Assembly: GCA_002269645.1 (NCBI GenBank)
Contig: NIVC01002987.1
Location: 1-64,000, forward strand
Source: Macrostomum lignano
Taxonomy: Eukaryota
Direction: 5' to 3'
Length of the DNA: 64,000 nucleotides
Under the pieces are notes generated by a model. The model was not told where the DNA came from, searched no databases, and saw only the letters and a list, made by a program, of their open reading frames with translations. The position numbers were made by a program, and so were the translations under genes. Shown here piece after piece: positions 34,612 through 47,624 of the stretch (position 1 is the first letter of the stretch; each line of letters opens with the position of its first letter).

Positions 34612-34815
34612 TCTAGGGGTTGTAGCCTAGTGTTTAGAGGGTCAGATTCACAACTAAAAGGCTAGGGTTCCATTCTCAACCCACTTAGAACAATTTGTGA
34701 CCTTGAGAAAGACTTACTTAACTCTGCATTGCTTCAGTTCACCCAGTTGTAAAATGGATATGAATTAGCAGGGGTAATTGAGGGGGTATGTGTGTGGCAA
34801 CCCCCTAGTTGTCAG
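34612..34815 (+). mobile_element. tRNA-derived SINE with CORE-like central domain, CpG-decayed
   Basis: tRNA-like head GGGGTTGTAGCCTAGTGTTTAGAGGGTCAGATTCACAACTAAAAGGCTAGGGTTCCATTCTC (A and B boxes), then GTGACCTTGAGAAAGACTTACTTAACTCTGCATTGCTTCAGTTCACCCAGTTGTAAAATGG, which resembles the MIR CORE consensus. Confidence 0.7.
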
Positions 34816-36121
34816 ACTTATAATTTATAACCAAAATATTTCAGTAATCAGTTAAAATAAAAAATATTAATTTATATCTTGCTTGTTGCATTTGTACTTT
34901 CTTATTATATAGCCCCTATAGCTTGGCTAATTTACTTTATTTTATCTTCTTTACACTATTTGCTAGGCCTATATAGTCCTAAATAACATACTTATTATTA
35001 TTAAAATCAATCGAAAAAGATAATGGTTAGATATATAACTATATTAAGGCTCTATGGCCTTAATAAGATACAATCTATATTAAAAAATGAATTTAAACAA
35101 AGTAAAAATTACTTAGTAAGCATTCTCAAAATCCACTTTAAAAACAGTGATCTCCCAGGCCTAACTTTTAAAGCATTTAGAAATATATTATAAAAGTTAT
35201 AAATGGGCTAAAAGTTAGCAATGGTCTAAAAGTTCTAGTCCAACTAGAGCTATTTGATTCTATTTATTGTTGATTTATTTCTATGTATATTATTTTGATG
35301 AACGAGGAGAATGAGGTAGGTGTGCAAATTTTATAATCAAAGCATTGAGCTAAGAATGTTACTATTGACTCTTGACTCATTTTTACAAAAATAAAAGAAT
35401 TTAGAAAACTAGGGCTACAAAAAATAATTATGATATATAATTATAATAGTTTATAAAAATATTCCAAAATGTAATATATGTTTACCTATCAGTTTATCAA
35501 TCTATCACCCTTTTGACTATTGCCTTTTTGACTATCATCCTATTGATTAGTATCTATCTATACTCATACCTAGCTAGTCCCGAGTCTATTTTGGTATTCT
35601 ATATAAAAGTTCAAGTTATAAATATGTACCTATTGCTTTATAACTAAAATGGCTATTATTAAAAATGCAATGTTACCAAAGTAGAAAGTACTAAAGTGGC
35701 TATTACAAAAGTTGATTATTATTACCATTTAAGTTCTATAGCCTATTGTTATATGCAACATATTGGGCTTATTAATATTATAATGCCAAATTTAATATAG
35801 TTGTTATTGTGAGGAGTAAAAGTTAAGGCTTATAATTTATATTATATGCATTGAAACAAAAATAGGCCTATTGTATCAATGTAGGCCTAGTAATAAAAAA
35901 GCAAAATTTTTATGCTATAAGACACACACAGACAGTCAACAGAAAGACAGACAGAGTTTTCATTTTTATAGGTAGGCCTAGAGATAGCAGTCTATAGGCA
36001 TAGGCCCAAATTATTATATCACTTTTTAACTTCTATGCAAAAGTAGAAACACTGCTTAAGATGACAAGGGTGCTTATTAGGATTTTAAATTTGTTGTCTT
36101 ATGCCTTATGTTTGGGGGTTA

Positions 36122-36883
36122 CACCAAATTTGTCAACATCTAATTCATCAACAGACCTAAAATTTAAAAAGAAATTGAATTTGTCAACAGTTAAAACAAA
36201 CTGAGCAAATTTGTCAACAACAAGACAGACTTACTAAAAAGCTTATTTCTTAACACAAAAACTATAAATTTATATAGGCCTAATTTGATGAGCAAAATAT
36301 TGCAAAGACGTTAACAAGACTTCATGAGTACACACTCTAAATGCTATTGTGTATACACAACTCAAATCTAACAAATTGGGCAATCAATGCTATATAGGTC
36401 CTACATAATACTACATTCTACTTAGTTGAGTATCCAGATGCAATTATATCAAGAGCTAGTTTATTTGGTGTTTTTATTCTACATATGATTTATTATGGTC
36501 ATTTTATTTTTAATTCAATTTTTATTCTAAGTTTGTTTATCTCCTTAACCATTAACAAAGGTTTTGTTTGAGTATGACTTTAGATTTCAAAATGTGTGCA
36601 AAAATAGTTCTAGCAAATTTATTGCAATTCAGCAGATTTAAAATCTGCAGGCTGTAGGCCCTAGTAGGTTTTAAAAAATATAGGCCTATATCAAATAAAA
36701 CCATTTGCTTTGTTATCTTATATGTATCTTCTCAATAGGCTTTTGTATTTCAATTTTTAGCATAGGGCCTGGGCCTATAGTAAAAATATACTAGGCCTAG
36801 CTGGTTAATAGTGTATCATCAGGTAACCAAATTTGTCAACAATGCTTGCTGACGAATTAGATTAGATGTTGACAAATTTGGTG
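36122..36883. mobile_element. Degenerate MITE-like element bounded by a perfect 23-bp inverted repeat
   Basis: CACCAAATTTGTCAACATCTAAT at 36122-36144 and its reverse complement at 36861-36883. Internal AATTTGTCAACA copies at ~36178, ~36208 and ~36830. Confidence 0.55.
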
Positions 36884-37084
36884 GCACCTATGGTTGATTA
36901 GGCCTAGAAGACCTAAAAAAGGAAAAGGCAGTGTCAACATCAACTTAGAGTACAGTCTAGGTTTAATAATCTGTCTGGGTTTACCCACATAGCCTATGTT
37001 CTAAAGTCTACTACTAGTTAGTAATGTACAGCACTAGCAATATAATTATTAATGGTATTCTCTTATGCTGCATCCTATGTTGCT

Positions 37085-37620
37085 CGGCAGAGCTGGTAGA
37101 CGGAGGACCGGCTTCCGGGTTGGTTGGAAAATTCAAAGATTGAAACTTTGAAAGATGAAGAAACGTCTATGAAGGCTAGCCTCTTATAGCTGGAATGGAC
37201 GTGTGCCCGGAGTCGTCGGCTCACGGCTCAATGTTTTAAATACGCGCCATCTTTTAAGTCTTTTTTAAGACGAGATTTATTTATAGCTTAAGAAGGGTGC
37301 CAAATTTGTCGTAAAAATATTCTGCTTTGAAGATGAGGAAGAGCAGACATCATAAGTAGATAAGTGTCAGTATTTTCCCTTTTTATAGTGGAAGTAGTCA
37401 TATAGTCGCACGAATTTAAAGCCTTTATATTTTCGGTACATTAATTTAAAAATTCCTGTAGATCTGGATATTAACAGTTAACACGAATACACGATATCAC
37501 GATTGAGTTAGGTGCCTTTCGTGCCTAGCATTACATTAATTTATGTTGAATTGAATAGCTCAAATCTCAAAAAGATTTGGGCAGTCAGAACTCAGAACCA
37601 ATATTATAATCATTCGTCTC
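37085..37620. promoter_or_regulatory. CpG-retaining island; candidate bidirectional promoter/first exons for the DNMT3-like (-) and G-alpha (+) genes
   Basis: CpG-rich patch with an ETS-like CTTCCGG between two CpG-depleted blocks that end at splice acceptors just upstream of each gene's ATG (~34419 and ~39847). Function is inferred. Confidence 0.35.
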
Positions 37621-39987
37621 TTATTAATATTTATTTTAGGGCCCTAGTTAAACTTGTGCATTAACTTTGTAAAAAAATTTGAAGGCAAATAAAGTTAAGC
37701 AAAGCATGCATACTTTGGAATTTAAAATTTGAAATAATTAATGAAAAAAAGTAGATTCTGAAATTTTAAATTGCTATTCACTAACTAGATCAGAGATTCT
37801 AATGTACACGTTATACAATATTTGGTTAATTATAGGGTGTCACTGTGCATCATGTATCTGACTCATCTGGAAAAAAATAGATTGATTAAAACACTTTTAA
37901 ACAAGTTAAACATATGCAGGTATGCATGTGTTTTGTTATTCTTTTTTAAAGTTTGCTTGCACATTATTTTAGAGCATATTAATTAATATATACTATTCTC
38001 ACTTATTACCAAAGTGGCTGTTACCAAAATGGCTATTACCAAAATAGACTGTTACCTTGTTAGTAATATGCTTAATGCTAAGGGCCTATGTATAAAATTG
38101 GGATAAATATATAAAAAGGTATTTATTTTGTGCTAGGTTAAGCCCCTTACCTGCTCTATATAGGCCTAGTAGATAAATATCCATAGGTCAGGCTACAATA
38201 TAATTTAAAGCCAAAGGGAATGATTATAATATAATATAATTCTATTATAGCAACTATTTCCCTAATTACTACTAATAGAAAATGAATGAAATATATCACC
38301 TACAGCCCTATGTAGAAAGCTTAGTCCAGACTAGCTAGTCTGCACTTGGGTTGGGTAGTTTAGTCTATAGTCAATAGTCTAGCTACCCTAGTTCTGTCTA
38401 TAGTAGACCAGTCTAACTTTGTATTTCTGTATATCAAATCCAAGTCCAGACTAGCTTTTCAAGACCAGACTATCCTAGACAGAGCTTTTTGTATATGGCT
38501 CCTAGGCTTATTATTAATATTATCCATTTAGTCATTTAGGTTAGAGCTGTGGCCATCTTGGTATCTAGCCATCTTGGTCATGCACTACCTGTTTTTGGCA
38601 TAAAATAATTTGTCCTCCTTGCAACTTTTGCCTTTTGCTTTGGGTTTCTCTGATAGTAACTGGCCATTTTGCCTCTAAACAATTTTTGCCATGGGTTTTT
38701 TCCCCAGACCATCTTGCTTAAATAGACTTTTTTGTCCCTATCCAGGCCAATTCAGTTATTGACCAGTTTGGCCAAAGTGGCAATAAATGCTAATAGTGAT
38801 ATATTCTTTATTAGATTTAGAAATTTCATCGATTTTTATTCTTGTTCTTGCATCTTTTTTAGAGAATCAATCAAAAATTGACATCAAAAAGGCAATAAGT
38901 CTAAAAGGGCCATAACCATAACAATTACATATATTAGACTTGTATTTATTAAAATGAATAATAGGCCCAATTAAAATGTATTAGACTTCTACTATTATTC
39001 TACATGGATATATATTGATACTAAGGCAGGCATTATTTTAAATAGCTATCAAAAATTTATGCTGCTTAGAAATAAGAACAAACTTTATTTGAGTATATTT
39101 TTTATTATATCTTTCAATGCCTTTCAATGTCAATGTCATTTAACAACTATTTTATTTTAGTAGCTTTATGCATTCATCTTAGACAAATATAACATGAAAC
39201 AAGTCATATTTGCCTTCCTATATTCATGTCTAAAAAGTTGCAAAAATTATTAACAATATGTAGCAAGTACTAAGAGTAAGAGATTAGACTCAGACTAGCA
39301 ATCTAATGTCCCCTTTAGGATGCCCAATAAGCAAAGAACAAAAATATTCATGCAAATTCATTAAAAAGCACATTTTCTTAAGAACCAATTCTTTTTTCAG
39401 TTTTATAAATCACATTATTTGTGTAAACTTCTCATAGGCAAAGACGTTTATGTTTGTTATAATTTTTTTTCTAAAAAATAACGAAAGGACAACAAAATAA
39501 AGCCTTCACAAAGATAACAAGCATTCCCCTTATATAGAAAGCATCTCCTAGACTGCAAACATCCTTCTAAATAGCATGCATCTCTAGATGGCAAGCATCC
39601 CCCAATAATAAGTATCCCACAATGGCAAACATCCCTTAGATAGCAAGCATAGTAAGCACCCCCCATATAGCAAGTATCATCAGAAAAATAGTATATTTCC
39701 ATCATTGGAAGTCTTAGTAATTATTTTTGTTAGTTTTTTTTTGTTGAAGAATAACTATTAGCTTATAAATTAACAGCTTTATAAAAATCTCTTATATGAA
39801 TCCTATTTTAGTTACTTTTAGTTGCTTAATGTAGTTAATTGTTCCAGTATGTGATGGCTCGGCACTTCACTGCATGCCAACTACTGCGCATACGCAGAGC
39901 CGGTAGACCTGCCCTGTTTTCCTGGTCTGGTCCGCCAGATACTTACCCATCCAGCCAGTGCCTGCCAATCCCCTATCTCGCTTTACA

Positions 39988-42900
39988 ATGAGCATCCTGT
40001 GCCCATGCGCAGCCTCCAGCAGTGGTGCCTCATCTGGCGCCGAGGCCAAGTACTCGGTCGGCCGGGGCAACAAGCTGTCAGCCGAGCAGGTCAGTCGTCA
40101 AATCGATCGACAGTTGAAAGCCGACCGGGAGCTTCGACGCCACGAACGCCGCATCCTGTTGCTAGGCACTGCAGCTAGCGGTAAAAGTACATTTCTGAGA
40201 TCGATGCGTATTATACACGAGGATCGATTCTCTGAGCAGGAGCTGCTCAGCTTCAAGTCAGTTATCTATTGCAATATTTGGCGCGGCCTGATGAAATTGC
40301 TGTACGTTAAAAAACGGCTTGGCATTCGCTGGGAGAATAATAAAACTGGCGTACCGGCTGTTAAAGCGCTGCTGGCTCTGGAGAAGGAAATTGGCCACTC
40401 GGCGCTCATGGCCTGCGGCCTGCGCGAGGATCAGTTCCTCAGGGCAGCGCCTTTTATTCAGGTATTTCTGTTTGCATGCTCTCCTGTGATTATTATCCAT
40501 TAGGTCATTAGGGTTTTGTTAGCTTTCCCATGATGATTGTCCATTAGGCCATTAGCATTTTTCTTGCTTTAATTCCCATGATGATTATCCATTAGGTCAT
40601 TAGCGGTTTTCTTGCTTTAATTCCTATGGTGATTATCCATTAGGTCATTGAGGTTTTCTTTCTTTAATTCCCATGATGGTTATTCATTAGGTCATTAGCG
40701 GTTTCTTGCTTTCCCATGATGATTATCCATTAGGTCATTAGCAGTTTTCTTGCTTTAATTCCCATGATGGTTATTCATTAGGTCATTAGCGGTTTTCTTG
40801 CTTTCCCATGATGATTATCCATTAGGTCATTAGCGGTTTTCTTGCTTTCCCATGATGATTATCCATTAGGTCATTAGCGGTTTTCTTGCTTTCCCATGAT
40901 GATTAACCATTAGGTCATTAGCGGTTTTCTTGCTTTAATCCCTATGGTGATTATCCATTAGGTCATTAGCGGTTTTCTTGCTTTCCCATGATGATTAACC
41001 ATTAGATCATTAGCGGCTTTCTTGCTTTAATTCCCATGATGATTAACCATTAGGTCATTAGCGGTTTTCTTGCTTTAATTCCCATGATGATTAACCATTA
41101 GGTCGTTAGCGGTTTTCTTGCTTTAATTCCAATGATGATTATCCATTAGGTCATTAGCGGTTTTCTTGCTTTCCCATGATGATTATCCATTAGGTCATTA
41201 GCGGTTTTCTTGCTTTCCCATGATGATTATCTATTAGGTCATTAGCGGTTTTCTTGCTTTCCCATGATGATTAACCATTAGGTCATTAGCAGTTTTCTTG
41301 CTTTAATTCCCATGATGATTATGCATTAGGTCATTAGCGGTTTTCTTGCTTTCCCAAGAGGACTATCTATTTAGTCATAGGGTTTCGACTACTAAAATAT
41401 GATTTGTCATTACCTGGGTTGGGAGGGCCAGTGTCCTATAGCTGTTTGTGAATTCCAATCCGATTGCCACATGTACAGGAAACTTTTACTAATGAAATGT
41501 TATTGGGAAACTGGCTGCTATCTGACAAGCGGCGCACTAATCGCTTTCCGTATTTGATAGGAATGAGTCAATCAGGCCAGCAGCAGTCAGTGTCTTATGG
41601 GCAAGCATTAGCCAGAATATTTCTGCGCAGCGTTACACTTGGGGATGGGGTGCAAGGGCGAATGGCCATCCTGCTTTCCCCTCTTTCTCTCTCCCCCCTC
41701 TCTCCCACAGAAACTTTCCTGCATTTCTGGTCGGTCGGTCGTACTTCAATTTTCAAACTTTTCCGGAGCTCCCTCTTGTTTTTCCTATTCGAATGATCCG
41801 CATATCAGGCTTGGCTTGGCATATCATTACAGATTCAAATAGGCGTATGTATCTATACAGGCCATGCTGGTCTGTCCGCAGTGGCTTTGCATTCTCCCTC
41901 TTCCCACTGCTTCCCCCATTTCACCTCTGCTGGGCTTGCTACCGACAGGCCCATCTACGTCTAGTGTAGCCCTGTTGTGTTGTATTTAATGGCGGATTCT
42001 TGTCGCGCCCCCTGACTTGGCTGCTGTAGATAATAGCTTTGCCTTTTGCTATTTTTTTGTCTGCAAATGCAGTGTGTAGTAGTCCATATATACTACTGAC
42101 AGTACTGTTATTTATGCTTTTCAATGAGCAGAATGAGTTTCGTAAGATTTTAATTTTGTGTTGTCTCTCAAATGTGTGTGTCAGCTGGCTACTGTGTTGT
42201 CTGTCAAATGTGTGTCAGCTGGCTACTGTGTTGTCTGTCAAATGTGTCAGCTGGCTACTGTGTTGTCTGTCAAATGTGTGTCAGTTGGCTACTGTGTTGT
42301 CTGTCAAATGTGTGTCAGCTGGCTACTGTGTTGTCTGTCAAATGTGTGTCAGTTGGCTACTGTGTTGTCTGTCAAATGTGTCAGCTGGCTACTGTGCCAT
42401 CTCTGCATCTTCGCATGATTGAACATTGCCATGAGCTGGGAAGCTTATCACACCACACGCACAGGTTTGAATAGAATTAAAATGCTGTTTTTCACCTGCC
42501 CAGGTGCTCTGGTGCGACGCCGGAGTTCGTGAAGCATTCGAGCGCCGGCACAGCGTACCCGGCGACGAGGAGTTCAAAGATGTCGGAGAGAATCTGGATT
42601 ACTATTTGAATAGGCTCAAATCTATCTCGGTTGTTAACTACAGGCCAACTGACGCGCACATATTGCATAGCAGGCGGTTTACTGACTCGGTAAGGCAGTT
42701 TGTCTGGCTGCGATCTGCGAACTCTTTGCTGCCTACTTGCAGTAGTTTTCAAGTGATTACTGAGAGTCAGCCCCAAGCCCTACTGAGAGTCAGCCCCAAG
42801 CCCTACTGAGAGTCAGCCCCAAACCCTACTGAGAGTCAGCCGCAAACCCACTGAGAGTCAGCCGCAAACCCTACTGAGAGTCAGCCGCAAACCCTACTGA

Positions 42901-43783
42901 GAGTCGGCCGCAAACCTACTGAGAGTCAGCCGCAAGCCCTACTGAGAGTCAGCCCCAAACCCTACTGAGAGTCAGCCCCAAACCCTACTGAGAGTCAGCC
43001 GCAAACCTACTGAGAGTCAGCCGCAAGCCCTACTGAGAGTCAGCCCCAAACCCTACTGAGAGTCAGCCCCAAACCTACTGAGAGTCAGCCCCAAACCCTA
43101 CTGAGAGTCAGCCCCAAGCCCTACTGAGAGTCAGCCCCAAACCCTACTGAGAGTCAGCCGCAAACCCTACTGAGAGTCAGCCCCAAACCCTACTGAGAGT
43201 CAGCCGCAAACTCCACCCGCAGGTATTCGAAAAGTGCCTGCTATACGAGGGCGTGCCCCTGCGCATTATCGACATTGGCGGGCACACTAACGAGCGCCGG
43301 AAATGGTCGAAAACGTTGCGCATATTCCAGGGCGAGCTGCAGTCGGTTATCTACATAATCGCCTGTTCAACATTCAACGAAACCTACACCAAAGCCAGCG
43401 GCGAGCTCATCAACAAGCTCGACGAGAGTTTCCTCTGTCTGCGCCACCTTCTAGACGTGAAATCGGAGCTGTTCACCCGCGACATGAACCTGATCGTGTT
43501 CTTCAACAAAGACGACCTGTTCTCTTACAAGATCGCCAGCCTTCGTGTCGATTATTCAAAGTTCGATTCGACCTTTCCAGCTGATCGATTCGATCCGTTG
43601 GATCTCGGCCAGGTGCGCGAGCATCTGATCAGACGCCTGACCACTGTTGTGCCGCCTAATCGGCAGTTGCGCAGGTACACTCACTTCACCACCTCGATTG
43701 ATCTCAGCAATGTCAGACGGGTGTTCCGCGACATCCGGGACACTGTTATGCTCAACTTTCTCAGAGAGGCCCTGCCGGCTTAG
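39988..43783 (+). CDS. Heterotrimeric G-protein alpha subunit, divergent G12/13-like, 3 exons, 406 aa
   Basis: Exons 39988..40461, 42504..42689, 43223..43783 (phase 0/0, 1221 nt). Motifs: SRQIDRQL, ILLLGTAASGKSTFLRSMRIIH, LDYYL, YRPTDAHILHSRRFT, DIGGHTNERRKW, FFNKDDLF, HFTTSID..NVRRVFRDIRDTV (the G12/13 HFTTA...VFRDVKDTI signature). Confidence 0.93.
40495..41355. repeat. 44/48-bp minisatellite CCATTAGGTCATTAGCGGTTTTCTTGCTTT(AATT)CCCATGATGATTAT in G-alpha intron 1
   Basis: Direct reading. Confidence 0.95.
42160..42395. repeat. 32-34-bp minisatellite TGTGTCAGCTGGCTACTGTGTTGTCTGTCAAA in G-alpha intron 1
   Basis: About 7 copies. Confidence 0.93.
42760..43210. repeat. ~23-bp minisatellite CTACTGAGAGTCAGCCCCAAACC filling G-alpha intron 2
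   Basis: About 19 copies, ending ~10 nt before the acceptor. Confidence 0.96.
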
Positions 43784-43904
43784 GTAGCGCCTTCTATTCG
43801 ATTCATTCATTCCCGGCTACAGATAATATATAACTAGATTGCTCACTTCAAAATTTTACTCCTGCACTTACTCTTAGGCCCAGATGTAAGAGGGGGAAAG
43901 GGAG

Positions 43905-44098
43905 GGATGGGGAGCTAGGAGAGGGAGGGGAGCTAGGAGAGGGAGGGGAGCTAGGAGAGGGAGGGGAGCTAGGAGAGGGAGGGGAGCTAGGAGAGAAGGG
44001 GAGCTAGGAGAGAGAGGGGAGCTAGGAGAGAAGGGGAGCTAGGAGAGGGAGGGGAGCTAGAAGAGGGAGTAGAGCTAGGAGAGGGAGGGGAGCTAGGA
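43905..44098. repeat. 19-bp purine-rich minisatellite GGAGCTAGGAGAGGGAGGG
   Basis: About 10 copies downstream of the G-alpha stop. Confidence 0.93.
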
Positions 44099-45346
44099 TA
44101 AATAAATTCAGGAGACTGACACAGGAGGCGCTAAAAGATCATTACCCGATCTACTAGCAAATGAAATAAGATTTTTTAAATAGCACTCAGATGCGAACAG
44201 ACAATCTGACGTGGTATAAGAGCACTGTAATATTGTTCTTGTAGATATCATTAAACGAAGGCACTGCTAGTTTATTATCGCAAAAACTCTGCCTGGATAA
44301 GATGGCAACTTGATGCTAGTAAACACCTTTAGAAACCTTTAGAACCTATGTACATATGCATTAGTTTATTTACTTCCAATTAAATTTTACGCGCTGATGA
44401 GAATTAATCTTTGCACATGCAAATTATACTACTGTCATTATAGTAGCCAAACGTATAGATACGAGAGTGACAGATCAAGTTATATATTGTGTTCCCGGCT
44501 GGATGTTTTAGGCATAGCAGAAATGCGTTTATTGATGAAAAGTCGCTTACTATTAATTAGTAGCTTTAACTGAATCCTTCCAAAACGGGTTGCTATAGAA
44601 AAACAGCAATTTTATCATCGCTGCTTTCAAATGATTCATTTTATGAAATTATGAAGGTGAGGAAGTCGAGTTCAATGTCTTTTAGCCTACTAAGGTACCT
44701 AGTAGTATCTTTCGACTGCCTTAAATATTTAATCGTTTGTACGGGAGTCACAAACCATAGCTTCTGAGCATGAGCATTACAACAGCTGTTTAATGCCACT
44801 ATCCTTATACTAATCAATACGAGAGCTGTCAGCTGTTGTGAATCAATAAATTATTTTATTTTGAGCAGGCTAACAATCCCTGGATTTGTGATGCAATAAG
44901 ATTTCTTACTCTAATGCTATTTTGTTATTTCCTATTCGATGGAGTACAGTTTTTGATTCACAAGATCATTCAGTTTGTAGTGGACAATAAACTATATGTT
45001 ATATATGTATGCTTATTATCGTATAGATAATAATACAGACTTTATCTATTACTGAGCCATTGAGTCCGAGTATTTGTCTTAACACTTCCCCTTGGTGCTT
45101 CTTATAGATGTATATATATGTATGCATACTGCTGCCCTGTATTTGCATAGTTTGTTGAGCTAGTTTGTTCAATTCTATACTCTTATTAGTAGCAGTTTGT
45201 CTGATTGTACAATCTTTTTATTTCGAGTCAGTTTGGCCTTGGTCTTTTCTACTCCTATACATATTTATAATTTGTACAATAAGGCGACCATATGCGCTCT
45301 ACAGCCTTGTATATTGTATTTAAATTTGCTTTTCATGGCCTTATTT

Positions 45347-45830
45347 AGGTTTAGAGACGCCATCCAAGGTGTGGAAACCACTCGCTCAGCCAGATTTAGA
45401 GACGCCATCCAAGGTGTGGAAACCACTCACTCAGCCAGATTTAGAGACGCCATCCAAGGTGTGGAAACCACTCACTCAGCCAGGTTTAGAGATGCCATCC
45501 AAGGTGTGGAAACCACTCACTCAGCCAGATTTAGAGACGCCATCCAAGGTGTGGAAACCACTCACTCAGCCAGGTTTAGAGATGCCATCCAAGGTGTGGA
45601 AACCACTCACTCAGCCAGGTTTAGAGACGCCATCCAAGGTGTGGAAACCACTCACTCAGCCAGGTTTAGAGACGCCATCCAAGGTGTGGAAACCACTCAC
45701 TCAGCCAGATTTAGAGATGCCATCCAAGGTGTGGAAACCACTCACTCAGCCAGATTTAGAGATGCCATCCAAGGTGTGGAAACCACTCACTCAGCCAGGT
45801 TTAGAGACGCCATCCAAGGTGTGGAAGCCA
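45347..45830. repeat. 45-bp minisatellite TTTAGAGACGCCATCCAAGGTGTGGAAACCACTCACTCAGCCAGA
   Basis: About 11 copies; RFRDAIQGVETTHSA ORF period. Confidence 0.96.
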
Positions 45831-46379
45831 CTCTCTGTTCAGCCGGCTTATGAGCTGTTTGTTAAAATCAACCTGCACAATTATTAAGCGTACCGGTATT
45901 TGAGTTGTTATGAGGTCGAGAGATGCATTATTGTAATTGTGATTTATATATTCTTCCAACTATATGTAATATTAGTTGTGAATATTGGTATACAATATAT
46001 TTTACTGATTCAGTAGACCCAAGAAAGCATTCGATTGTGTATGAAATCGCTGCGCATATCTTATCAGAGTTGACTTGGGCCAACACAGGGCAGGCATTTG
46101 ATGTGTGCTAAGCAACAATTTGAAACGAAATTTTCTACGATTTCAGTGTTTTGTTTGTCCCCAATGTACATAGGAGCGTTGCCGCTTTTTTGCTATTTAA
46201 TTATTGTTTGCTAATTCGAATTATTTTATTTAATTCTTCCTATTTTATTGGCCTTGTGCCAGGTTGATTCAGTAATAATATACGCGAGTAAGTTGATGCT
46301 TCGCTGCGTTGTCTATTAAACACAAAATACATGTAGTAATTCTTTTTTAACCTTTTCTTTTAAGCTGGTTCAATCTGTA

Positions 46380-47000
46380 GAGCAGGGGTTCCCGACGGAG
46401 GCAGGGCAGCTCCGTCTCACTCTTGTGCCTACCTTCATTTGGGGCTTTTGTGCACACAAAGTTGGCCGCCGGGTTGCCGTGCGATTCACCCACAAATCAC
46501 ACAGTGTACATGCCTGACGCCTGTGCCGCTGTACACCCTTTGTGAGCCTGCGTACAGTATTGGCACGCTTTTGTGTTCACTGCTCAGGAGCCTTACTCCG
46601 CTGCAGGAGGCTCCGTCGACGTCCATTTCGCTAACCCCTAGCGACCTGCTAGTGTTGCGGTGTCGCGCAGGGAGCTCCGGTGGTGTCGGTGTATAGCGGT
46701 CGCCGGCCCAGTAGCTGGCAGACATTCTCGGGCCCGAAAACGACTGAGAGATCTAGCATCCTGTCCCGAGTAAATGCGGGACATTCGCAGATGTAGTGCT
46801 CCGCATTCTCAACACCAGAGAGGCAGAATTTAGCATTCCTCATTGGAGAGTGCTCAGGAGTCGACTGGATGGGCAGAATTGCCTCATCACTGGTTTTGGT
46901 GACTCTACCTATGTGCCTCAAGATATTTGTTGCAGCCTTGTCCGCTCGGATGTAATGACGCAACTTAACCTGGCTACGCATCTAGACTTGAACAATGAAC
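46380..47000 (-). mobile_element. 3' fragment of a non-LTR retrotransposon (C-terminal CCHC knuckle plus probable 3' UTR)
   Basis: ORF 46649-46981 contains NILRHIGRV...FCLSGVENAEHYICECPAF..DR, matching the C-x-C...E.AEH..CECPAF end of LINE ORF2 proteins. Boundaries approximate. Confidence 0.5.
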
Positions 47001-47624
47001 TGCATGTACCGACAATGAAGAAATTATCAAAAAATGTTATGTTCACACGGGCGCATATCATTTAGTATATTATAAAATATAAAATGTACAATAAAAAAGA
47101 TTGCTGTAAATCTTTCTCAATCAATAATAAGACTGTTAAAAATACGCACTTATCAGTTATATAACATGTTTAATACAATATGCTACTGAAAGTAGCACGC
47201 TACAATACGAGTATTGTGGAAAACAAAGCAAGCGGCGCGCAATGATTACTCGTAGTTGATAAGCATAACTTAGCAGTGAATGACTTTTGACTGGCAAAAT
47301 ACAATTTGAGTTGCTTTCATAACCGGTAAGAACAGTACTTTGGCGGCTTGACAGCGTGTACATGACGAATGCTATGGCAGGGGTCGGCAAAATTTTTAAC
47401 ACACAAACCCAGAGCAGTCCGGATTGCTATTGTGAAGTTTCAAAGGACTCAAAAGCCGGATAGAGAGGCTTTTGCGGGCAAAGAGTTTGCCTACCCCTGA
47501 AGTAAGGCATTTTATTATTTTCTATTTAACAAATGCTTTTATAACCAACAGATACCGACATCTATACTACTAACTAAGTTAGTAGTGATGAACTGAACGC
47601 CTTTCAGGCTTTCAGCGGCTACAA

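Noticed and set aside
34612-34682. Functional tRNA gene
   Set aside because: Stems are broken and the sequence continues into a CORE-like SINE body.
45197-45887. 218-aa and 172-aa repetitive ORFs
   Set aside because: 45-bp minisatellite translation with no splice or domain support.
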